Virus record (IMG/VR): IMGVR_UViG_3300048851_000052
Location: 1 to 58,313 of that record
Direction: 5' to 3' (one strand)
DNA: 58,313 nt
Source of the DNA: a virus
Lineage: Duplodnaviria; Caudoviricetes
Shown here: positions 45,301-53,907 of the stretch, in pieces
Layout: each line of letters starts with the position of its first letter
Position numbering within the stretch: the stretch's first letter is position 1
The notes under the pieces: model-generated
Told to the model about the DNA's origin: nothing
The model's database searches: none
What the model saw: the letters and a program-made list of their open reading frames with translations, nothing else
Position numbers and translations under genes: made by a program

Positions 45301-47689
45301 CGGTTCGTTCGCCTCAAGCAAGGCCTTCGGCACGGGCGAGAAATACCCCGATCTGAGCACCTCGGCCACCGGCAACTACGTCAACGGCCAATACAACGAT
45401 ACCGGCGCCGCAACAACCTGGCAGCGCAACGCGCCGAAATACGGCTCGGCTGCCGATGCGGCGATGTCTTCCACCCTCAACAAGTTCAGCATGACGCTGG
45501 GCAACCTGTACGAGGTGCTGGGTAACGGCGCGGATGTTGTGGCGTACAACACATTGCAGCAGCGCAAGACCTCCGGGAAGTACTCGAGCACGTTCGGCGC
45601 GCAGCTTGACGACGGCTCGGTAATCACCGGCAAGCAGCAGTTCAAGGCCGACGACATTTCGGCCGCATTGACTGCCGACTACGACGACATCATGGGCACC
45701 TTCCTCGCGAAGGCGATCGTGAGCTCCAAGTCGCTGCCTGAGTATTTCAAGGCTCAGTTCCAATCGTTCGCAAATGACTGGGATACCACTGCGGATGAGG
45801 TCATCAAGGCGATTGAGGGTGTCTTTACCCGCTTCAATGGGGTGAACGATGCGCTCAGTCTGATCAACGTTGGCAACCTTAATCTGGACAACACCGGGTT
45901 GATGGCGTCCGATTCGATTCTGGACATGGTCGGCGCCATTGGCGGACTGGACACCGCGACAGCTACCGCAAAGGAGAAGGTCGACGCGCTGAACAAGACC
46001 GTCGGCACGTACTATCAGTTGTTCTTCACTGCCGATGAGCAATTCACCGGTCTGACTGAAAGCCTGAAAAAGTCGTTCGCAGGTTTCGGTTTAGAGCTTC
46101 CAGATACCGCCCCGGCTTACCGCGCAATGGTCGAAGACATTGATGTCACTACATCTGCTGGGCAGGCGATGTTCGCGACGCTGACGGGGCTAGCAGAGAA
46201 TGCCGATGCTTATTACAAGGAAGTAGGCAAGCGCTCGCAGACAGCAATCGAGACTGCCAAGCAGGAGCTAGAAGCGCAGCAAGCAGTGAACGCCAACTAC
46301 TACAGCCTGTTCACCACGGATGCAGAGAAGGCCAACGACAAGCTCTCCGATATCACGGCGCAGTTTGCCGCGATGGGTGTCGTCCTGCCTGCGACCAAGG
46401 ATGACTATAAGGAGATGGTCTACGCGGCGAGCCGTGCAGGCGAGTCGGGCAAGAAGCTGTACGATTTCCTGATGGGTATGGCCGGTAATGCGAGCGATGC
46501 CTTCTCGATTGTCGCGCAGCAGGCTGAGACGCTGAAAGCCAATGCTATCGGCCTGGCCACTTCGGCAATGTCCACGCTTCAGCGCTCGATCGCGGCTCAG
46601 CAGAAGACATCGCAAGCTGCCTACACGGCGCTGAGCACGTCGCTGAATGACATGCTCAGCACAGCGAGCAGTAACGTCTCGGATCTGACCTCTGTCGGGG
46701 GCGAACTCAGTTCGGCGCTCAAAGCATTGCGCGGCGATTCGGACGACGCTGTGAAGATGCTCCAAGCGCAGGCCCGGGCCACGCTGCAAAGTGCCTTGGC
46801 TACGGCAAAGGCGGGCGGTTCGCTGGCGAACTTCGCCGGGTTGAGCGATGCGCTGGATACGGTCGGCAGCAACAACACCGATCTGTATTCGACGCTGGAA
46901 GACTTCAACCGCGACCAAGGCCGTACGGCCAACGTCGTGGCCGAACTGAACGCCATCAACGGCAAACAGCTCACTTCCGCCGAGAAGCTGCAGCAGAGTC
47001 TCGAAGATCAGATCGACAGGGCCAAGGACGCCTACGACCTGCAAAGTGAACAGTTTGAGTCCGAACAGGAATTCGCGCAGGCCCAGCTCGACGCTTTGAA
47101 CGGCTTGGATACTTCGGTACTGACGGTGGCAGCAGCAGTGGCGGCGATGAATGCGTCCGTCGTGGCAGCGCTCGGGACAATGCCCACCAGCGGCGCAGGC
47201 AGCCCCTCCGCGAATACGCCAGCCAACAACGCGACGCTGGTCAACAGCATCTACAAGGACGTTTTGGGCCGCGATGCCGATGCGGCGGGTATGGCTGCAT
47301 GGACTGGCGCCTTGCAGAACGGGGCGTCGTATCAGGACGTGATTGCGGCGATTAAAGCCTCTGCGGCGGCAAACGGCCAACTCAAGGTTCCGGGCTTTGC
47401 AGCGGGTGGAGATTTCGGTGGTGGGTTGCGGCTTGTAGGGGAGGTCGGCCCTGAGCTGGAAGTGACAGGACCGAGCCGCATCTATAACGCCAGCCAGACG
47501 GCAGCAATGCTGGGTGGTGGCGGCGACAAGGCATCAGCAGCGGAGATTCGAGAGTTGCGCCGAGAAATAGAGAGCAACGCCACCTACATGGCCCGACTCA
47601 CCAAAGCGGTCGCTGACGGTATTGACACTCTCGTTAACTCCGGACTCCAGGTCATTGGGACCGTTTCAACTAAGGCGGTGGCGGTATGA
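42353..47689 (+). CDS. Tail tape measure protein (1778 aa)
   Basis: QALASGALRGDELNSIMEQTP tape-measure domain; Ala/Gly-rich; C-terminal FAAGG..VGEVGPEL. Confidence 0.95.
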   Translation: MTETARLVIAVDSTQAKAASVELGSLAQTSKATESAVQKLGATGGFTATELGKVQQTSKSTTTDLGVLERATRSTDSAVTKFGSTGASAATQLGKVQQSSKSAATSMSEMGSILKAAAGFLGAAFSVKEVAAAADQYQNLTNRLRLVTEGSAQLASAQGAVFEAAQASRQSLETTASVYQRIAQNGKQLGLTFADVANITETVAKSVALSGASAQAADAALTQFGQALASGALRGDELNSIMEQTPALAQTIARGLGVSIGQLRVMGAEGQLTAEKVIKALTGQKQAVDDLASTMQVTGGQALTAFGNSLTQAIGKLDEATGSSNKFANAVLGISHAIDGFSSGEFLDFFRDNKESVAGLNNEIGTTIARVRDLTAARAKLDPSDASDTTLFNFKFYNREELDAEIAGLGKKADAAREIIAKMKKDAAGIQAQSPKGDAAGSAVNAAYEKELKNLQKMAALQGDNTELAKTRYAIEHGELGKLLPAQEELLLKYAREKDAKAAAEAAAKKYGSAAEKAGNQEAKALESLLSQSSITTTATNSMADAYLAGADNVRELTIQQKIEQELLKTGAGARDAVTAAVNREADAKDRLDVDQAIASLRVENTNTLAQATATLQGASALETFNIQKSMNIALAGKKIDIGSKEYEQLLEQTRAQLDANKALKEAGQVEGIVDRLNPQAKLLKDFTTEQDALNAAIARYPENAALYQDALSKLGKEYEINRNKATLWGQFTEGAIDRIDEAFADMWKSVLSKSGNFMDTLKDSFRQFLAEMLHMAITKPIIVQIGSALGVGGLEASQQGGGLLSGLTGGGGGGIMSYLNTAKNVMSAAGSSFGQSILSGWTSGDGLVGGLQGAFTNGADYLGSAITSAFASGSTTAAQVAGNFAASTTPATVDLIGNTVSVGGQTVGTASGLTTSSAASSLSSLTTALSYVGAVYSVIQSYQDYGIKGAATTAGFAAAGAAIGSVVPVIGTALGAAIGAVIGSFASSKAFGTGEKYPDLSTSATGNYVNGQYNDTGAATTWQRNAPKYGSAADAAMSSTLNKFSMTLGNLYEVLGNGADVVAYNTLQQRKTSGKYSSTFGAQLDDGSVITGKQQFKADDISAALTADYDDIMGTFLAKAIVSSKSLPEYFKAQFQSFANDWDTTADEVIKAIEGVFTRFNGVNDALSLINVGNLNLDNTGLMASDSILDMVGAIGGLDTATATAKEKVDALNKTVGTYYQLFFTADEQFTGLTESLKKSFAGFGLELPDTAPAYRAMVEDIDVTTSAGQAMFATLTGLAENADAYYKEVGKRSQTAIETAKQELEAQQAVNANYYSLFTTDAEKANDKLSDITAQFAAMGVVLPATKDDYKEMVYAASRAGESGKKLYDFLMGMAGNASDAFSIVAQQAETLKANAIGLATSAMSTLQRSIAAQQKTSQAAYTALSTSLNDMLSTASSNVSDLTSVGGELSSALKALRGDSDDAVKMLQAQARATLQSALATAKAGGSLANFAGLSDALDTVGSNNTDLYSTLEDFNRDQGRTANVVAELNAINGKQLTSAEKLQQSLEDQIDRAKDAYDLQSEQFESEQEFAQAQLDALNGLDTSVLTVAAAVAAMNASVVAALGTMPTSGAGSPSANTPANNATLVNSIYKDVLGRDADAAGMAAWTGALQNGASYQDVIAAIKASAAANGQLKVPGFAAGGDFGGGLRLVGEVGPELEVTGPSRIYNASQTAAMLGGGGDKASAAEIRELRREIESNATYMARLTKAVADGIDTLVNSGLQVIGTVSTKAVAV

Positions 47690-48609
47690 GTGAGATGAAG
47701 GTGGTTCCAGGAATTGAAATCACCCCCGCCAACATGATCGTAAACGCATTGCCGGATATGGATTATCCGGCTTACGTTTCAACAAAAACCTATGCAGTCG
47801 GCGACTACGTCACCATTGATCGCATCAACTACCAGTCCACGCTGGCTAATAACACAGGGAAGAATCCGGTAACCGATACTTCATCGCCACCAGCGTGGCA
47901 AGCCGTTGGATGGGTCAACAAATACCGGATGTTCAACAAGGCAATCGGCAACACCTGGAAGATTGGCACATTCACGTCAAATCCCGGAAGCATTGATTTC
48001 ACTATACGTCCGGGCAAGCGGGTCAATGCGATAGGACTTGTCGGCGTCAGGGCTTCATCAATTCGCATCGTGATGACAGTCCCCGGCGTCACCGATCCGG
48101 TTTACGACAAGACAGTTGCGATGTCTCGCAAAGCGGGGGGCAGTTGGTACCAATACTACCTCGGCCCCTTCACTACCAAAGACAATCTGGCCCTGTTTGA
48201 TCTTCCTCCGTTCAGCAACGCCGATATCCGCGTGGTCATCAGCGCGCCAGGCGGGACGGCTCAAGTTGGCATGTTCGTGATGGGCTGGTCGAAGTCCATC
48301 GGCACCGCTGTTTACGGCACATCGCTCGGTCGCAAGAAGTACTCGACGATCAAGGAAGAATTCGATGGCAGCGTGACCATCACCAAGAGGGGGCATCGTC
48401 GCTTCATAGACTTTCAAGTCGTAGTAAAGGGGGACGAGATCTCCAGCACTCAGCGTGTCTTGGATGACGTTGACGACGTTCCAGCCCTCTTTGTCGGGTC
48501 TAGCGACCTGGAATATACAGTCATCGTAGGCATCTTCGATGATTTCGATACAGGCTTGCCGACCTACAACCGCGGCGAATACACACTCAAAGTAAGGAGC
48601 CTTAGCTGA
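47686..48609 (+). CDS. Distal tail protein with a small carbohydrate-binding-like motif
   Basis: TYAVGDYV..YQS..N..P..W motif; DEF-G-like C-terminal motif; follows the TMP. Confidence 0.7.
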   Translation: MSEMKVVPGIEITPANMIVNALPDMDYPAYVSTKTYAVGDYVTIDRINYQSTLANNTGKNPVTDTSSPPAWQAVGWVNKYRMFNKAIGNTWKIGTFTSNPGSIDFTIRPGKRVNAIGLVGVRASSIRIVMTVPGVTDPVYDKTVAMSRKAGGSWYQYYLGPFTTKDNLALFDLPPFSNADIRVVISAPGGTAQVGMFVMGWSKSIGTAVYGTSLGRKKYSTIKEEFDGSVTITKRGHRRFIDFQVVVKGDEISSTQRVLDDVDDVPALFVGSSDLEYTVIVGIFDDFDTGLPTYNRGEYTLKVRSLS

Positions 48610-48962
48610 TGGCGATTCTGCCTTTAACCCCGCTGCCTCAACCACCTCTGCCGACAGATCCGGAAGACGTCTTCGATGCTCACGCCGGGGCTTCTCTAAC
48701 CGCCCAGGTCACATTCACGAACGAGATGAACACCAACGTCATCCCGGCCATCAACACCGCCAGCCAGCAGGTGGCCGCCGACGCCCTCTACGCAGGCCAA
48801 GCCGCAGACCGCGCCGAGGCTGTAGACACCAACGTCAGCGCACAGGTCGCAGCGGCCACGGCAGCGGCGAACAACGCAGCGGCCTCCGCTACGGCAGCAG
48901 AAGCCGCGCCCGGCTCAGTCGGCAACCTCGCCCTCATTCAAGCAATGGCTCTTCTCTTTTAA
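48609..48962 (+). CDS. Tail tip / fibre-anchor protein
   Basis: PLP.PP..DP..FD N-terminus and Ala-rich coil. Confidence 0.6.
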   Translation: MAILPLTPLPQPPLPTDPEDVFDAHAGASLTAQVTFTNEMNTNVIPAINTASQQVAADALYAGQAADRAEAVDTNVSAQVAAATAAANNAAASATAAEAAPGSVGNLALIQAMALLF

Positions 48963-48971
48963 GGAACCACC

Positions 48972-49391
48972 ATGGCCAACACCTTCGTTTCACCGTTCGT
49001 TCAAAGTTACAAGACACAGTCCGCCGCTGCCACCATCGCGTTGGGCGGCATTGGTACCGCAACTGTAACGGGCGCCGTCGCTGTTGCTACTGCTGGCGCT
49101 AACGGGGCGGTAGTGACTCGTTTAACTGCCATGCCCCGGGCGACGGTGGCAGCTTCGTCGCTGGTGCTGTTCCTGGTTAAGGCCTCGGCTCCTACCGTTT
49201 TCAACTTGATCGACTCCGAATTGATGCCGGCCTATACCTTGATGGCCACTACAGCCATTCCCGAAACCGCCTTCGGCAACATCAGCAACGACATGCCGCT
49301 GCGCTTGGAGGCTGGCGACATCCTGTACGTCGGCTCGCAAGTCGCCCTGGCCGCCGGCATTGTCTTCACCGCTCAGTGGGGCAACTTGTAA
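48972..49391 (+). CDS. Tail-associated beta-rich protein
   Basis: LRLEAGDILYV motif; synteny. Confidence 0.6.
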   Translation: MANTFVSPFVQSYKTQSAAATIALGGIGTATVTGAVAVATAGANGAVVTRLTAMPRATVAASSLVLFLVKASAPTVFNLIDSELMPAYTLMATTAIPETAFGNISNDMPLRLEAGDILYVGSQVALAAGIVFTAQWGNL

Positions 49392-50173
49392 TGAGTGCGC
49401 GTGAACTGGGGAATCCTTTTGGGAACCCGCTGGCGTTGGCGAAGAAGGCAGGCGGGGCGAAAACAATAAATCCAACCATCGTTGATTTTGTCAACGGTGT
49501 CTCCGGCGATTACGTGATTCCGGACGGGTATTCGTTTTTCCGGGTGACCGTAGTAGGTGGAGGGGCCAGCGGTTACGGATCTACTACGCGGGCAGGCGGC
49601 GGTGGCGGTCTCGCCAGAACGGCAATTCTGCCCGTTAAAAAAGGGCTAACCATAAGTTACATCGCAGCGGGTATTGCGGACGCAAATCCCGGCAATCAAA
49701 ACGGATCATCTTCACAGGCTATCTTTGATAGCAGGACGCTTATAGCCACCGGGGGGGCCACAGGGAGCACAGTTGTGGGCGCGGGCGGAATAGGCTCAGG
49801 CGGAGATTACAATTTCCAAGGAGGCCCCGGAAGCGCAGGAACTGCAGCGGGGGGAGGAGGTGCTGCTGGGCCGACTTCGAATGGGGGGGCGGGAAATCAA
49901 GCGTATTCGGGTGACGGAGGGGGAGGCGGCGCCAACAGCGGAGGCGACGACGGCATTGGAGCGGGGGGCGGAGGCGTCTACGCCCCAGGTGGCGCCAATG
50001 TATCCAGGTCACGTGCGGGGACTAATTACTATTGGGGCTCTCCAGGCTCAGACACACTGAATTCTACACTCGGCAGCGGAGGCGCGTGGGGCGGTGGTGC
50101 CGGGTGCCCGGGTCCAAATAATGCGGGCACCGCAAACGGCGGCTACGGCGGCGTGAGGATCGAACTATGGTAA
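49391..50173 (+). CDS. Glycine-rich tail fibre-like protein
   Basis: VVGGGASG...GGGGG...GGVRIELW Gly-rich domain. Confidence 0.75.
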   Translation: MSARELGNPFGNPLALAKKAGGAKTINPTIVDFVNGVSGDYVIPDGYSFFRVTVVGGGASGYGSTTRAGGGGGLARTAILPVKKGLTISYIAAGIADANPGNQNGSSSQAIFDSRTLIATGGATGSTVVGAGGIGSGGDYNFQGGPGSAGTAAGGGGAAGPTSNGGAGNQAYSGDGGGGGANSGGDDGIGAGGGGVYAPGGANVSRSRAGTNYYWGSPGSDTLNSTLGSGGAWGGGAGCPGPNNAGTANGGYGGVRIELW

Positions 50174-50778
50174 AGGTCGAAAACGGCATCGCATCACGTG
50201 AGCCACTCCCGCAGTTCCTCCTAGGCCTGTTGCCCGAATCCCTCGCTGACCTATCGTGGACTGATCCGGCTCTCGGCGTGCAAGCCTGTGCATGGTGGCC
50301 CGAGGAAAACGCTGACGTCGAACTGGGCGCGAACAAGAAGTGGGGCGCCGAGGTGCTGACCGTTGATACCGCCCGCAAGGTGGTGGTCGTCACCCATAAG
50401 CAGGTCAACATGACTGCCGCCGAAAAAGCGGCGCGCGATGCCGCCATTGCTGCCGATTGGGCGCAGCGCATCGAGGCTCGTCGCTACGCGGCTGAAGTCG
50501 GCGGCACTACGGTAAGCGGAATGCCGATCGTGACCGACGACCGCAGCAAAGCTCTGATCACCGGCGCCGCTCTGCGCGCAACACGCAGCGCTGACTACAC
50601 CCTTCGATGGAAAACAGCAGATGGATTTGTCGACCTAAACGCTGACCAGGTGATTGCCGTTGCGGATGCAGTTAGTGATCACGTCCAAGCCTGCTTTGAT
50701 CGCGAGTCAGCGCTGCTCGATGCCGTAGCTGACGGATCGATCACCGCCGAGATGCTGGAAGAAGGTTGGCCCTCTTAA
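50167..50778 (+). CDS. DUF4376-like tail fibre assembly protein
   Basis: RRY.AE.GG..TDDRS..WKTADGFVDL..HVQACFDRE. Confidence 0.85.
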   Translation: MVKVENGIASREPLPQFLLGLLPESLADLSWTDPALGVQACAWWPEENADVELGANKKWGAEVLTVDTARKVVVVTHKQVNMTAAEKAARDAAIAADWAQRIEARRYAAEVGGTTVSGMPIVTDDRSKALITGAALRATRSADYTLRWKTADGFVDLNADQVIAVADAVSDHVQACFDRESALLDAVADGSITAEMLEEGWPS

Positions 50779-50803
50779 CGCACCGCAATTCGAAACAACA
50801 CAT

Positions 50804-50825
50804 GCCGCCTTAGGGCGGTTTTTTT
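50804..50825 (+). terminator. Intrinsic terminator
   Basis: GCCGCC/GGCGGT hairpin plus T-run. Confidence 0.75.
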
Positions 50826-50847
50826 GTGCTCGCAGGAAAGCCAACAC

Positions 50848-51315
50848 ATGATAATCCCTGTTGAAACCCTCAAGCAGGGCCTGTCCCTGCTGCCCGCGAA
50901 GATGAGCGGCTGCCGCGCCATGACAATGCTGGCTTCCATTGGCCTGCAAGAATCCGGCTTCCTGACCCGGCGTCAGTACGGCAATGGACCCGCGAGAGGG
51001 TGGTTCCAGTTTGAAGAAGGCGGCGGGGTTAAGGGCGTGATGGAACACCCTGCAACCTCATCCTATGCCGCCGCCGTATGCATCGGTCGTGGCGTGCCGT
51101 TCGAGCGCGCCAAAGTATGGGCTGCACTTGAAACGGATGACTTGCTCGCCGTGGTCTTCGCCCGCCTGCTGTTGTGGAGCGACCCGAAGCCATTGCCTGC
51201 CGTGACCGATGCATCCTCTGCATGGGGTCTCTATCTGCGCACCTGGCGTCCCGGCAAACCTCATCCAGACAAGTGGCCCGATTGCCATGCTCAGGCGCTG
51301 GAGTCACTGGCATGA
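50848..51315 (+). CDS. Endolysin (lysozyme-like fold)
   Basis: IGLQES..RRQ..GPARG.FQFE..WRPGKPH. Confidence 0.8.
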   Translation: MIIPVETLKQGLSLLPAKMSGCRAMTMLASIGLQESGFLTRRQYGNGPARGWFQFEEGGGVKGVMEHPATSSYAAAVCIGRGVPFERAKVWAALETDDLLAVVFARLLLWSDPKPLPAVTDASSAWGLYLRTWRPGKPHPDKWPDCHAQALESLA

Positions 51316-51755
51316 CCGGCCAATTCCTCGACCCGCTCATCCTTCGCGCCTACGCGCCCGGCGAGTGGGTTCTGATGACCGACTTCCGCTATCAGGCGGC
51401 TGACGGCACGGTCTACGCGGCGCCGAAGTACTTCGTCACTGACTTGGCTTCGATCCCGTGGATTGCCGAGCCACTGTTTAGCGCGAGCGAGCACAGGCTG
51501 CCCGGCGTCATCCACGACAGCTTCTACTGCCTGAATCAGCTGCCGCGCGAAAGGTGCGACAACCTGTTCTACGAAATGTTGCTGACGATTGGCGTCTCGA
51601 AACTCAAGGCGAAGCTGATGTATGCCGGCGTCCGGATCGGGGGAGGCCCTCGTTACGCTGCCTGCAAGGGTGGCATCAAGGTCGAAGACCTGGCCTTCGA
51701 GCTGATGAACGAGGACGAGACCGCCTTATGGAAGACCGCGCTCGCACGCGTTTAG
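51312..51755 (+). CDS. DUF1353 protein
   Basis: FVTDLASIP..HD.FY..R..D.LF..MYAGVR.GG. Confidence 0.88.
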   Translation: MTGQFLDPLILRAYAPGEWVLMTDFRYQAADGTVYAAPKYFVTDLASIPWIAEPLFSASEHRLPGVIHDSFYCLNQLPRERCDNLFYEMLLTIGVSKLKAKLMYAGVRIGGGPRYAACKGGIKVEDLAFELMNEDETALWKTALARV

Positions 51756-51810
51756 GCGTCGATCAACCAAACCCGAACGCATCCATCACAAATCATTCAA
51801 GGGGAAGGGC

Positions 51811-52023
51811 ATGGCAACAGCGCAGCTGGTGAGTCAGTACTTGGGTAAAGCGACTTTGATCGTCAAAGCCAATGGCGGCAGCGTGACCGTCGAAAAGAAG
51901 GTAGAAAATGCCTGGGTCATCGTTGACACCTTCTCGGCGGACGGCGCGTGGCGTATGGACTTTGGCATGTCATCTACTCGCATCACGCCCTTGAACGGCG
52001 CTGCGTTTGAGGTCAGCCAATGA
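51811..52023 (+). CDS. Small beta-rich protein
   Basis: RBS; coupled to the SGNH gene. Confidence 0.65.
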   Translation: MATAQLVSQYLGKATLIVKANGGSVTVEKKVENAWVIVDTFSADGAWRMDFGMSSTRITPLNGAAFEVSQ

Positions 52024-53453
52024 GCCTCGCTATTGGGGAAGGGCTACGCATAAGGGAGGGGGGAGGCGGTGGGGGCTTCACCAGCAAAACACTGGATCAG
52101 CTGAAAACCTACCATGCGGCCGACCACCCCGGGCAAGTCGTAGTGGTCAGCGACGGTAGCGAAAAGCCGATCACCTGGGCCTACAGCAAAAGCAACACGT
52201 GGGTAAGCGTCTACTCTGGTGTCGTTTTAAGCACCGATCCGGCCCAGAGCTGGGATGGCACACCCAAGAACCTTGACCTTGTTGAACTGGGTGACAGCTT
52301 CATCTTTATGGGCGGCGGGGCAGCAGGCTACGAATACTACGGCATTGTCACGGCTGCTCAGCGCTTTTCGGGCCAGCGCCTTCGCCGCTCCCTCTCGCGT
52401 AATTTCGGCAGGGGAGGCGATGGCTCTACAGATGCGCTTGTCCGCCTACCTGACGCCCTAGCTACCGGCGCCGGTGTACTGATTGTCCACCTGAGCACCA
52501 ACGACGGAACCTCGACGACAGTAGACGGAACCCTCACAGCGCTCAAAAAGATTCGTGACGACGCAGCGTTGCAGCACACGGCAACCATCTTCGTCGCGCC
52601 CGAGCCTCGCGGCAATGACACCTATCCAAGTCAGCGCTTAACTGGCGCTGCTCTCCAGAACCATCTGGATCGCCGCACGCGAATGCTGGCCGAGTTGCCT
52701 CAGCCTGGCTGCATCGTGGTTGACGTTCGCGACTTGCTGCTGAAACCGGGAACCGAGAACGACGTGGTGGACGGCTTCACCATCGACGGCCTCCACATGA
52801 GCCCGGTTGGTGCGGACGAGGTCTGGGGTCCGCGCATCGCAGCAGGCATCATGTCGCTCGCACCCCCAGCAACCGATCTGCCTTCAGGAACAACGGCGCG
52901 CTCGAAGAACGTCAACGTGGAATGCGCCGGGGCGAGTACATCCAGCGACACCAGTACGACACCTCCAACCGGCTACACCGGAACAAACGCTGGTGGCCTG
53001 ACCGGCGTCTTGCGCTACTACAGAGAGGTCACGACCCCGACTGGCCGTTGGTGCCGGAACAGGGTCTCAGGCGCGGTGCCAACAGCCGACGCAGCGGTCG
53101 ACCTGCTGCGTCAGATCACGCTGCAGGGCAACCTGGAAGAGGGCAAAACGTATGAGGTGGTGTGCGAATACGAGATTGAGGCAGGCGCCCAGAACGTTCA
53201 GTCGTTACAGCTGGGGTTCCAGGCCGCAGGCTCGTCAACCACTCAACTGTGGGACAGCGACAAATACCAAACGCCGTTTGTCATTTCCGGAAAGGCGCAG
53301 AGAGGCTGGTTCCGCACGCCGCCATTCACCGCAACCAACGTCGTTGGCCTGACAGACTTCCGCATTCGTCTGGCTGCGTACCTGAGTAAGCTCGGCGCAC
53401 CAGTGCTTGAAGTTCGCACACGGAACTTTGAGCTGAAGGAAGTGGCTGCTTAG
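52020..53453 (+). CDS. SGNH/GDSL hydrolase with C-terminal beta-sandwich
   Basis: Blocks LGDSF, G.GG, STND and DGLH. Confidence 0.85.
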   Translation: MSLAIGEGLRIREGGGGGGFTSKTLDQLKTYHAADHPGQVVVVSDGSEKPITWAYSKSNTWVSVYSGVVLSTDPAQSWDGTPKNLDLVELGDSFIFMGGGAAGYEYYGIVTAAQRFSGQRLRRSLSRNFGRGGDGSTDALVRLPDALATGAGVLIVHLSTNDGTSTTVDGTLTALKKIRDDAALQHTATIFVAPEPRGNDTYPSQRLTGAALQNHLDRRTRMLAELPQPGCIVVDVRDLLLKPGTENDVVDGFTIDGLHMSPVGADEVWGPRIAAGIMSLAPPATDLPSGTTARSKNVNVECAGASTSSDTSTTPPTGYTGTNAGGLTGVLRYYREVTTPTGRWCRNRVSGAVPTADAAVDLLRQITLQGNLEEGKTYEVVCEYEIEAGAQNVQSLQLGFQAAGSSTTQLWDSDKYQTPFVISGKAQRGWFRTPPFTATNVVGLTDFRIRLAAYLSKLGAPVLEVRTRNFELKEVAA

Positions 53454-53485
53454 ATTCTGATGCCTTCGCCTCCGGTCGGCAGCAA

Positions 53486-53529
53486 TTGACGCCGGCGTCT
53501 GGGCTTCGGTTAACTGGACGCATATCCAG
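53486..53529 (+). promoter_or_regulatory. Promoter with LexA box
   Basis: TTGACG -35 (53486-53491); CTGGACGCATATCCAG (53514-53529) fits CTG-N10-CAG. Confidence 0.65.
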
Positions 53530-53544
53530 CTATCAGACCAGCCC

Positions 53545-53859
53545 ATGATCCCGCTCGCGAAAAACACACCTGACCCTCTGGCCGAATGGACGCGCATGGT
53601 CGAAGACAGGCAAGACCTCGTCACCGACCCTGACGGCCAACGGGCGAAGCTGCGGGAATTGGCGATGCTCGCGTATCAGCGTCGGCAGGTGGATGCGGAT
53701 GAGCTTTCGGACATGCTGGAAATCACCGACGCCGCACGCGAGTGGGGAATGACGGAATTGGAGGAGGGCTACCACCTGGGCATATTCGAGAATCAGGAAT
53801 TCGGTCCGCAGACCGGGACGCAGTACTTCGATGGCAAGACGCTGGTAAGGGTTTTGTGA
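53545..53859 (+). CDS. Hypothetical helical protein, probably SOS-inducible
   Basis: ORF directly after the LexA box. Confidence 0.65.
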   Translation: MIPLAKNTPDPLAEWTRMVEDRQDLVTDPDGQRAKLRELAMLAYQRRQVDADELSDMLEITDAAREWGMTELEEGYHLGIFENQEFGPQTGTQYFDGKTLVRVL

Positions 53860-53907
53860 TTGTCGGCAGGACGCCGGGGGAGGGCTGACGATTGCCAGCC
53901 CGGTACA

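Noticed and set aside
46268-47380. 370-aa ORF antisense to the tape measure gene
   Set aside because: Codon-bias shadow frame
49391-50173. G-rich repeats as an array or DGR variable region
   Set aside because: Explained by glycine codons; no reverse transcriptase or template repeat seen
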